Shown here in pieces: positions 9,201-16,597 of a DNA stretch of 64,000 nucleotides (position 1 is the stretch's first letter; every line of letters starts with the position of its first letter). The position numbers and the translations under genes were made by a program. The stretch lies in assembly GCA_965140585.1 (NCBI GenBank), contig OZ223269.1, forward strand, positions 1,024,001 through 1,088,000. Direction: 5' to 3'. The DNA is from Spirochaetia bacterium (GTDB taxonomy: Bacteria > Spirochaetota > Spirochaetia > UBA9216). The notes beneath the pieces are model-generated. The model was not told the origin of the DNA. It was given only the letters and a program-made list of their open reading frames with translations, and searched no databases.

Positions 9201-10958
9201 CGAAGCAGGATAAATATTTTTACCGCTGAAATTTATACTTAGTCCGGATTCATTCATATCCCGAAGTCTCAAAAGCCCGTTTGTGTTTGTTGTTTCCAGT
9301 TTCACAGCAGTCTGAAGCCCTGCTTCAATTTTCATCCCTGAGTCTTCAAATTCTTTCAAATAGGATAAGTCTGCAGCGGCATAGAGCATTCCTGTGTTCT
9401 GTCCGTCGTATTCAGAGTATTTTCCTGATGTAATATTCCATTTCAACCCTGTGTCAAAGCCTGCTGTCATAGCAGGCGTAATCGAGAACGTATTTGCAGA
9501 TGCAAACAGAATATCAGAACCGGTTTCAAGGCTTGACTGTGTGTGGTAATTTATGACAATTCTATCGGTAGAAGACGGCTGCGTATTAAATGTGATGACA
9601 CCGCTGCTGCTGAGAGCCCAGTCAGTATTTTTAATGCCGTTTATATAAATTCTTACAGATCCGTCTACAGCATCATCAATACTGTAGCTGTCCTGTTCTT
9701 CCAGAGTCTGAATTATTACCTTTCTGCCTGTAAAACCATCTCCGCTTTCAGCATCCGGTCCGTATATTCGACTGTATCCGCCGCTTAAATTGTAGAGCGG
9801 ATATCGGACATCACTTCCGGACACAGTTTTCAGCAATATGATTCCTGCATCCTTGTCTGCCGAATAACCGGGTTCAAGCGCAGAACTGAGTGATGACACA
9901 TCTTCGGCAAGATATACCCTTGTTTTATAACTGTCATCAGGCAGGGATGAACCGAAACTATATGCTGCGCATGATTGAAAGGGTGAAAAAGTTCCCGGAT
10001 CAGACAGCATAAGAACGGTGCCTGCGGTTGTAATTTCGGAGTAGTCTGCAAGTGTTTTTACAGGTGAGCTAACATATGGATTTTCAATCATGGAAGTCCA
10101 GGAAAAATCAGATGATAGAGCAATTACTGCTCCGTCGGGTTCAGAATTGAAAACAAGCATCCCGGTTCCTGGATTATACGAATATTCTGAGGAGTCGCAC
10201 TCAATAAAATATCTTAGACTGTCTCCCCAGTTCATAGTCAGTGAATATTCCATATCTTTGGAGGTTTCAATATAGAAGACAGCATCTGAGGGGCCGTTCG
10301 GTACTATAAAGTATCGGTTTACAAGATACTCATAAGGTTCAAGTTCAATTTCGGTTACCAGATCACTGCCTATATAAATTTTAGATAGTTCTTCTTCCGG
10401 GTCAAACCTCAAAAGAAGTTCATGAGTTGAGAACGGGCTTTGAAATCGTGTATATGCACCGAATGCAGAATAGCTTCCGTCGGGAACAAAATAATAATCC
10501 GACATACTGCTCTGTTTCTGAAGATCCAGCCCCATGTTTCCCAGACTTACATCCTGAAGAAATTCATTTTCCTTTCCTCTGTAACCAAGCATAAAGGTTG
10601 ATTCTTCAAGATCATCAGTAAAAGTTGTTTCAAAAAGATACCTGTCAAGAATATTCAAAGAGGCCGTAAAATCAGGTGAATGTTCAAAAGAGAACCCGGT
10701 ATTAAGCCCGGGATATGAAGCGGTATAATCAAAACCATAGTTTTCAGACCAGCCGAAACCGTAACTTGCATATAAACCTATTTTCCAGCTTCCTGTTACA
10801 AAAAGCATGACATCTGCACTGTCCATACCTATATCAAGAAAATGTTCCGGGGCTTCTTCTTCAGGCAGCAGAACATCTTCAGAAAAAACCGGAAATGAGA
10901 TTATTGTCAATATATAAAATAATAACAATCCAAATAGATGGTTTTTAAATTGCGGCAT
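6255..10958 (-). CDS. Very large exported / outer-membrane protein with SprA-like motifs
   Basis: About 1570 aa. ATG at 10958 (MPQF...) gives a signal peptide, whereas the ORF track starts at GTG 10997. Beta-rich, terminal Tyr, with EDLDADG and DSEDINDNG motifs. Confidence 0.7.
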   Translation of the reverse strand: MPQFKNHLFGLLLFYILTIISFPVFSEDVLLPEEEAPEHFLDIGMDSADVMLFVTGSWKIGLYASYGFGWSENYGFDYTASYPGLNTGFSFEHSPDFTASLNILDRYLFETTFTDDLEESTFMLGYRGKENEFLQDVSLGNMGLDLQKQSSMSDYYFVPDGSYSAFGAYTRFQSPFSTHELLLRFDPEEELSKIYIGSDLVTEIELEPYEYLVNRYFIVPNGPSDAVFYIETSKDMEYSLTMNWGDSLRYFIECDSSEYSYNPGTGMLVFNSEPDGAVIALSSDFSWTSMIENPYVSSPVKTLADYSEITTAGTVLMLSDPGTFSPFQSCAAYSFGSSLPDDSYKTRVYLAEDVSSLSSALEPGYSADKDAGIILLKTVSGSDVRYPLYNLSGGYSRIYGPDAESGDGFTGRKVIIQTLEEQDSYSIDDAVDGSVRIYINGIKNTDWALSSSGVITFNTQPSSTDRIVINYHTQSSLETGSDILFASANTFSITPAMTAGFDTGLKWNITSGKYSEYDGQNTGMLYAAADLSYLKEFEDSGMKIEAGLQTAVKLETTNTNGLLRLRDMNESGLSINFSGKNIYPASPSGIIDGGLTNANRGILYYKDYRYTASSSTYQDYNTEIDESFIYNPADSKAADMYKSGPYIASIPDSDGIGITNALILDYELADSTEWVGMQLPLNKGGSNQDMSMYKSFSFYMKSEGDVSDLSVYIEAGSVAEDLDADGYIGEESSEYSEGFIFNDPNTSSGTLIGGDNQNGSNDVLDSEDINDNGIADREKTDSIAIFESGTDFQLPGTGWKKIRCYFTDSGAAAFSRLKDSEFVRISVKSNTAAAEGRLMFADFKFEGSSMFANIEGSYTAPEYSEIYEEDILSSEAPDEALSTDYIGSESNRVLRIDWDSDWNMYSYIEPVDSSNYRSLSFYYHAPALSGDSNLGVRITDGSSNGYEMILPISETSVWHKVEVNYTDLSVYIDGVLSADTDITVSGSPASFSLIEFFMDDTAGGTVFIDEVNLEDSVYIAGAGISANFSINSGKAVLKAGDTEIIGVTSFSENAAFDLSDNGTDNYEINSQSVMTTSILGSNIKTSLGVYNSQQYSRYSGYHSLKVPVAGSSLVINDVFQSADTSADDFSKTDSVVLNLPWLTGELAGFTASLSDDLLLQDWNSTLNLSFGSFYCGASAAMVLSGSGYNPGWNGYFDGWLNSFGLMLPYYTGENIERSSAFSLNPGIKTVPAGFETSITLSGSVDSDNIKTDTFDMDMAVPISLPDEVWGMTARIGYSRNADFTYDTKNTLIQEDIDQLFTTVSEQAYLFTSVPGYELFSESLSESFYDSCNAYEIDYAELTNSLYLTLNRKYSSRLMDLFLPSFLDISITGTTVKDYLELESDLSLDFTGRSTALNLFGQAGAHSLTNLWYSDEYSWSATAILSGLLNTQPVQEYGLGTSAVFYTDETESISFETASVLPVNNEDVTGSFEAAFTWSWNRIPEKPIDLPFFSPEEEALEIFTNEELMVFAISDSYDIELKHTTALTIFQTFTLSAYVTAGLSYENSDDGHIWLFGTGAGISGSVMY

Positions 10959-11022
10959 CTGCAAAACAGTATAACGCGATTTATTCTGTTTTGTCACAGT
11001 TGAGTTGATTTTTTAAGTCCTT

Positions 11023-11976
11023 TTGACGAAAATAAAAACAATGGAATTCAGTGATAGCGATAAACAAAAAGCTCAAACATTTATAGCCAGGCTGACCGCA
11101 AATCCTGCTCTAAAAACTATGAGTACACTGCAGCGGGAAGAACAGATTCTTCAGTTTCTGTCTTTAAATGCAAAACAGCTTTATCCGACACTTTCTTCGG
11201 ATAATTTTTTTAAAAACTGGGAATGGAACAATATCTGGAGCATTCTGGTAACCACACTTTATGAAATTACTAATATGGATCTTCTGCCAGAATTTAATAG
11301 TATAATCGGGCAGATAGATACGACCTTCTTCACCCTTATTGAAGACCGGGGTATTACCAGTGATCAATCCAAAGAAGTACTGACAAAGATTCTGTTAGAA
11401 GGTGTCAATAATGAACAGGTGAGAAGAGTGCTTACAGGTTCATATACTGCAATTACAACCGGAATAGTACGAAAATATGTAAGCGAAATATATAAACGGA
11501 AAAAATATATTCATTTTGAACTCACCAAGGTTGAAAAGTTAAGACTTAGTGAAGCGGATGCTCTTCACATGATGAATACTATCCTGCTTATTAAACCCTT
11601 AATTTATATGTATATCCCTAAAAATACTGCTGTCCGCAACACTGCAAACGGACATGTTTTTCTGAGTCAGTTCACCAAAAATGTTGCGGCTACTTTTGTA
11701 CAGAAATTTCCTGAAATTCCCCAGCAGATTTTTTATAGCGGAATGAACTCCAGCGCGTCTTTTTCAGACGATCACCAGCTTGAAGCTAGCGCCAGGATGA
11801 GCAATATATTAGCTTCTATGAGCAGGAATTATAAACCCGGAATGGCCGTCGATAAGGGAGCTGATACCGCACTCAAGAGCTGGATAAACGTATCCAGAAA
11901 GAATTATAAATTCTACGGCTATGATCTGAAAATGCTTGATGAGCTTTATATTATAGCCGCAGATTATGGATGGTAA
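11023..11976 (+). CDS. Conserved hypothetical cytoplasmic protein
   Basis: 317-aa ORF, start possibly ATG 11041. Overlaps the next gene's start, implying an operon. No recognisable motif. Confidence 0.7.
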   Translation: MTKIKTMEFSDSDKQKAQTFIARLTANPALKTMSTLQREEQILQFLSLNAKQLYPTLSSDNFFKNWEWNNIWSILVTTLYEITNMDLLPEFNSIIGQIDTTFFTLIEDRGITSDQSKEVLTKILLEGVNNEQVRRVLTGSYTAITTGIVRKYVSEIYKRKKYIHFELTKVEKLRLSEADALHMMNTILLIKPLIYMYIPKNTAVRNTANGHVFLSQFTKNVAATFVQKFPEIPQQIFYSGMNSSASFSDDHQLEASARMSNILASMSRNYKPGMAVDKGADTALKSWINVSRKNYKFYGYDLKMLDELYIIAADYGW

Positions 11977-13079
11977 AACTTATGAATAAGAAAATAACCG
12001 ATATACTTGAAAACGTAGTTATTGCAGCTATACTTCTTGTACTCATACAGACATTTCTTGAAGATCTTGCTGTACTTCTTGGATTCACCTGGGCAGTCCG
12101 CAGCAGCATAATTTTAGCCGGTTTTTTCTTTGACCTTTTTTTTACTGCTGAATTTATCACACGACTTGTTTCAGCATCAAAAAAGGGCAGGGTAAGAGAA
12201 TATATATTCCTTGAAAAAGGCTGGATAGACTTTATGGCATCCATACCTCTTCTGGTCTTTAACTCCGGGCCCATTGCCGCAGCAATACTCTTCGGTGGCG
12301 GAGCAGTAGGAAGTACTGCGGGAATACTCAACATACTTAAAGTTATTAAGGCGGTAAGAATTGCCAGAGTCCTCAGGCTGCTTCGTGTACTTAAGATTTT
12401 TAAGCAGATTAAAAATGCAGAGAGTGAAATGGCTCAAAGACATGTGTCCAAAATTGCCGCTATGGGCGTTTCAGTTTTTGTTTTTGTATTATTTATCACC
12501 TCAATATTATCTCAGCTCACCGGACTTCCGTCAGCAGAAAACTATAACAAAGAAGTAATGACCGATGTTATCTACGCATACAGCGAAGGTAATGCCGATT
12601 CCGCTGAATATTTCCGGACACTCCTCATTGTAAAAGAAAATGGTCAAACCCTTTTCAGCCGATATGATAATGATTTTTACTCAACTGATTTCGGATTCAA
12701 TGATTACACCTTTGCCGAATACGGCAGTCACCAGTTCTTTTTTGATAACAGACAAATGGAAAAGATTCAGTCACGCGACAATCTTGTTTATTTTATCCTG
12801 ATTGTTGCGCTTGTTGTCGCCTATACTCTTTTCTACAGCCCGCACTTTGCCATTACAATAAGCGACCCTGTTCACGTGATGCGCAGAGGCCTTTCAGAAA
12901 AATCATATAATTTTGAGGTTAAAATTCCATCAGACTTCAAGGATGATGATATATTCAGACTGGCATCTGAATATAACAAGGTATTTCTGCCGATGAAGGA
13001 CCGAAGTCATGCTGAAGAGTCCTCTATAGATGCAGATTCACTTGAATTGAAGATGGATGATATTAAAAATCTTTTTTGA
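11970..13079 (+). CDS. Ion_trans-like (voltage-sensor) membrane protein with C-terminal HAMP-like segment
   Basis: S2 FFDLFFTAEF, S3 GWIDFMASIP, S4 KVIKAVRIARVLRLLRVLKIFK. Two further TM helices, then ISDPV..MRRG...DDDIFRLASEYN. Confidence 0.75.
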   Translation: MVKLMNKKITDILENVVIAAILLVLIQTFLEDLAVLLGFTWAVRSSIILAGFFFDLFFTAEFITRLVSASKKGRVREYIFLEKGWIDFMASIPLLVFNSGPIAAAILFGGGAVGSTAGILNILKVIKAVRIARVLRLLRVLKIFKQIKNAESEMAQRHVSKIAAMGVSVFVFVLFITSILSQLTGLPSAENYNKEVMTDVIYAYSEGNADSAEYFRTLLIVKENGQTLFSRYDNDFYSTDFGFNDYTFAEYGSHQFFFDNRQMEKIQSRDNLVYFILIVALVVAYTLFYSPHFAITISDPVHVMRRGLSEKSYNFEVKIPSDFKDDDIFRLASEYNKVFLPMKDRSHAEESSIDADSLELKMDDIKNLF

Positions 13080-13366
13080 TGATAGTTTCAATGATTCAGT
13101 TTGTCTTTGAGCTGCCGGAAGTAGAGAATATCAAAGACAAACGCAGTATAGTAAAATCTTTCAAGGAGAAACTTATCCGGAAATTTAAAGTTTCTGCTGC
13201 TGAAGTTGATCTTCAGGATTCACTGAGATTTACCCAGATTGGTATAGCCCTTGTATCAAATTCCGTTCAGTATGGTGAACAGGTAATGCATAAAATATTA
13301 AAATTCGCAGAAGACGAAGTTCCCGGCAGACTTCATGATGTTGAAATTCATTCAGAACGTTATTAA
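13076..13366 (+). CDS. DUF503 (YlxP-like) protein
   Basis: Typical KDKRSIVKS...KFKVSAAEVDLQD signature, 96 aa. Confidence 0.85.
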   Translation: MMIVSMIQFVFELPEVENIKDKRSIVKSFKEKLIRKFKVSAAEVDLQDSLRFTQIGIALVSNSVQYGEQVMHKILKFAEDEVPGRLHDVEIHSERY

Positions 13367-13380
13367 TCCGGATTTGATCT

Positions 13381-13419
13381 AAATTGGGCTTTGAAAAGCC
13401 CCTTTTCAAAGCCCAATTT
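13381..13419. terminator. 18-bp perfect inverted repeat; probable bidirectional terminator between convergent genes
   Basis: AAATTGGGCTTTGAAAAG-ccc-CTTTTCAAAGCCCAATTT. The right arm overlaps the last codons of the ComFB gene. Confidence 0.75.
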
Positions 13420-14119
13420 CTTCAGGTTCGTCAGCAGGAAACAGATAAATATCATCAAGCTTATGAATACAATCTATCTCCATTGCATCTACAAAAGCAT
13501 CTTCAGCTGTAATTCCCATAGAGAAAAAATGTTTTACAGGTTTAAAACCATCGGCTTCTATCTCTATTCTAAATGAGAATGTCTGTTCTGTTCCTAACCT
13601 TTCAGCTTCTTCCGGAAACGGCCAGAACATGAAAATACCATCGGTTTCAGATACAAGCGGACAGGGGTTCTGCCAGCTTTTGTCGCGCATTTCAGCAGGT
13701 TTATTATTGATAAAAAGTTTTACTTCAGAACCAAAATACGGAGCGAAAGTTTTTCCGTTATAAACTTTTCCTTTAATGATGGGAAAATTAAAGAAGAATT
13801 TTTGTGAAAATTCATGAATATCATTTATAGCTGTATCTTCAGGTCTCATATGAGTACCTACCTGATGAAGTCCTTCATTAGCAAGCGCAGTAATATCAGC
13901 GACGATCTGCGGTTTTTCAAGATAAGATTTCTCGATGTGAGTTAATCCACGTCCTGAAGTGGTGTACATCGGTTTGATGCGGTTTAATACATAACATACA
14001 ACATCAGTACGACATTGTCTGTTATCAACACATCCGGTACGATTCACAAGCGACGGGTTTTCAAACAGTTCTTCAACAGTTTGAACTACAAGATCTTCCA
14101 TGATATTATGCGGTTTCAT
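13406..14119 (-). CDS. ComFB-family (late competence development) domain protein with C-terminal beta domain
   Basis: HNIMEDLV ... CVDNRQCRTDVVCYVLNRIKPMY, the ComFB C..C..D....LN..P.Y signature. Confidence 0.85.
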   Translation of the reverse strand: MKPHNIMEDLVVQTVEELFENPSLVNRTGCVDNRQCRTDVVCYVLNRIKPMYTTSGRGLTHIEKSYLEKPQIVADITALANEGLHQVGTHMRPEDTAINDIHEFSQKFFFNFPIIKGKVYNGKTFAPYFGSEVKLFINNKPAEMRDKSWQNPCPLVSETDGIFMFWPFPEEAERLGTEQTFSFRIEIEADGFKPVKHFFSMGITAEDAFVDAMEIDCIHKLDDIYLFPADEPEEIGL

Positions 14120-14557
14120 CTAATCCTCCTGGACTTCGGAGTTTATTTCAATAATCTCCTTGAGATCTTCAACACAATACTGAAAATCCCTGAGTGTCTC
14201 TTTTAAAGCATAATAGTTCAGACCTGCAAAGTAAATCTTTGAGAAAACAGAAAAGTTATATTCTTCAAATTTTTGAATATTCATATAGCATCCGTACTCA
14301 TAACAGATCTTCAGCATCTCTTCCAGTCTATCCTGAACATAAGATCCCATTCTTGAGGAGAATGAGAATGTAAAGGCAACTTCAAGAAACTTGCTGTCGT
14401 CATCAATAAAAAAGCCGCCCTGGAACACTGATTCTTTTTCATAACCTGCAGAATAGGTATTTTCCGTCATTTCTCCATCAGACAGATCATATCCAAGCTC
14501 TTTAAAAAGGACTGACACTCTGCGGATTCTTTCTTTCATCAGTTTGGTGTATTTCAT
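14120..14557 (-). CDS. Hypothetical protein (possibly YbjN/CesT-like fold)
   Basis: 145-aa acidic ORF with GGAG RBS, directly abutting the ComFB gene. The fold is a guess. Confidence 0.65.
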   Translation of the reverse strand: MKYTKLMKERIRRVSVLFKELGYDLSDGEMTENTYSAGYEKESVFQGGFFIDDDSKFLEVAFTFSFSSRMGSYVQDRLEEMLKICYEYGCYMNIQKFEEYNFSVFSKIYFAGLNYYALKETLRDFQYCVEDLKEIIEINSEVQED

Positions 14558-14609
14558 TCTACTCCTCTGTTAATAATTTATTATGGAATCAAAAGAAAGT
14601 CCATTACTT

Positions 14610-15365
14610 CTAAAGATCATTAAAGTCGTCCTTATCCTTCCAGAATGAATTATATATATGTTCTCTTGTTAATTTATCAATATGTGAGAGCTCACTGATT
14701 ATCGGTTTCACCTTACTTCTTATATTTGTATCATTATAAGGACAGGGTGATTTACATACCGGGAATTCAAGAGCCTGTGCCAACCTTGAAACTGCAGACT
14801 CTTTAACCTCGCACATAGGGCGTACTATATGCAGTTTACCTCCAAAAAACTCCTGTACAGGCAGCATAGTGGTAAAGCGTCCTCTGAAACAGAGGTTTAT
14901 AATGGTGGTTTCTACAATATCATCAAGATGATGTCCAAGCGCCACAATATTAGCCCCGAGAGCCTCAGCCTCTGTAAAAAGAACCCTCTTTCTGTTTCTG
15001 GAACAGAGATAGCAGTTAAATTCCTCATTGAATGAATCAGGAAACATACTTACATCAATGGTTTTAAAAGGGATTTCTATAATAGCAAAAAAATCCTGTA
15101 AATCAGCAATCTGCTTTTCTGTTACAGGATATTCTTTCCAATTTATATGTACCGCCGTGAGTTCATATTTTATCGGAAGCCACCTGCGCCTTAGGGCCAG
15201 AGCAAAAGCAAGGGCAAGCGAATCTTTACCGCCCGATACACCAATAACGACCTTGTCATTTTCCTTAATCATATTAAAGCGGTTAATACCTTTGCCGGTC
15301 TGTTTTACAAACCGCATAATCCAGGGAGGTATAGTGCCGCTGAAAATTTCAGCAGTTTTATTCAT
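14610..15365 (-). CDS. ttcA: tRNA 2-thiocytidine biosynthesis protein TtcA
   Basis: PP-loop SGGKDS, CYLC, ALGHHLDD, IVRPM and CPY motifs. Confidence 0.88.
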   Translation of the reverse strand: MNKTAEIFSGTIPPWIMRFVKQTGKGINRFNMIKENDKVVIGVSGGKDSLALAFALALRRRWLPIKYELTAVHINWKEYPVTEKQIADLQDFFAIIEIPFKTIDVSMFPDSFNEEFNCYLCSRNRKRVLFTEAEALGANIVALGHHLDDIVETTIINLCFRGRFTTMLPVQEFFGGKLHIVRPMCEVKESAVSRLAQALEFPVCKSPCPYNDTNIRSKVKPIISELSHIDKLTREHIYNSFWKDKDDFNDL

Positions 15366-16597
15366 TTAAGTATAAAGTCTCCGGAATCTTTAAAGTTTTC
15401 AGCGTCCTTCTGTGGAACGTAGATTCGAACTTTTCTTAATGAAGAGGTAAAACCGTTAACAACCGGGGCGGAAAAAACAGTTTCGGAATCACGGTACTGC
15501 CGTGATTCTCTATCCTCAATTACTTTCAGGTTGATTTCAAATGATATCGGTTCAGGAATATCAATAATTATATCAGAGCAACAGTTACAGGACAGACTTT
15601 TCTGTTCATAATCAAGCCTGAACTCAAGATCTGATAGTTTATTATGAAGATCATTCTCTGTGTCATAGGGAGTTTCATATACACATTTGTACAGCTCCCT
15701 TGAATTGACCATATCCATAAGCTTCATAACAGGGTAAAAATCACCGTTGAATCTTGCAAAAAACTCATCATCATTAAGGCCATATAGATCTTCAGCCTTG
15801 ATTTTTCCGTCAAGCAGGGCACAGATAACCGCTTTTTTTATCATTGCCGTGGCTATTCTTACCGTTTTATGCCAATAGATTGTTCTATACATAAGGTATT
15901 TAGAAAAAAGAATATTCTCAATTGCAGAGATTCCCTGCCTTTTGATAGCAATACCTTCACTTGTGGGTTTTATCTTTGAAAATACGAAATCTGTATCCTG
16001 TATTCCATATGGAACACCGCAGAAAAAGGCATCGCGGTTCAGGTAATCCAGTTTATCAGGATCAAGCACTCCTGAAAGCAGATTTCTAAAAAACCTTGTT
16101 TCTGCATCAGGAGCATCCATTTTGAAGTTGACTATCTGAGCAGTCTTTAACGGATCAGCACCGACTTCGTTTAAAAGACAACTTTTTATCGGTTCAGATA
16201 GAATAAATTCTGCTGTAAGCTCTTCATGTTCTTTCAGCGGAAGTTCTTTCAGCGAATGTGCATAAGGGAAATGTCCCAGATCATGAAGAAGGGCAGCGCA
16301 TAGAAATGAATTAACTCCTTCGGCAGAAAGCTCCGGACAGTCATGATCATTTAAAAGTACAGTTATTAGTCTTCTTGAAAGGTGAAAAACTCCCAGGCTG
16401 TGTGCCAGCCTGGTATGGGTTGCTCCGGGATAAACATGGTATGCAGGCCCCAGTTGTCTGATTCCCGCAAGTCTCTGGAACGGTCCGAGACTAACCAGTT
16501 TTTTTATACCCAGTGACAGGAATATATTCTTCCACAGAGGATCCCTGACAGGTTCAGTGAACTCATTGTTCAGGTAATCCAGTATATCTCTTTTCAA
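15362..16597 (-). CDS. HD-domain phosphohydrolase (SAMHD1/dNTPase-like)
   Basis: FQRL..IRQLG...VYPGATHTRLAHSLG, LLHDLGH, DPDKLDYL and YWHKT motifs. Confidence 0.9.
   Translation of the reverse strand: MKRDILDYLNNEFTEPVRDPLWKNIFLSLGIKKLVSLGPFQRLAGIRQLGPAYHVYPGATHTRLAHSLGVFHLSRRLITVLLNDHDCPELSAEGVNSFLCAALLHDLGHFPYAHSLKELPLKEHEELTAEFILSEPIKSCLLNEVGADPLKTAQIVNFKMDAPDAETRFFRNLLSGVLDPDKLDYLNRDAFFCGVPYGIQDTDFVFSKIKPTSEGIAIKRQGISAIENILFSKYLMYRTIYWHKTVRIATAMIKKAVICALLDGKIKAEDLYGLNDDEFFARFNGDFYPVMKLMDMVNSRELYKCVYETPYDTENDLHNKLSDLEFRLDYEQKSLSCNCCSDIIIDIPEPISFEINLKVIEDRESRQYRDSETVFSAPVVNGFTSSLRKVRIYVPQKDAENFKDSGDFILK

Noticed and set aside
15362-16597. Anti-phage dNTPase defence gene
   Set aside because: It is translationally coupled between aconitase and ttcA, a housekeeping context.
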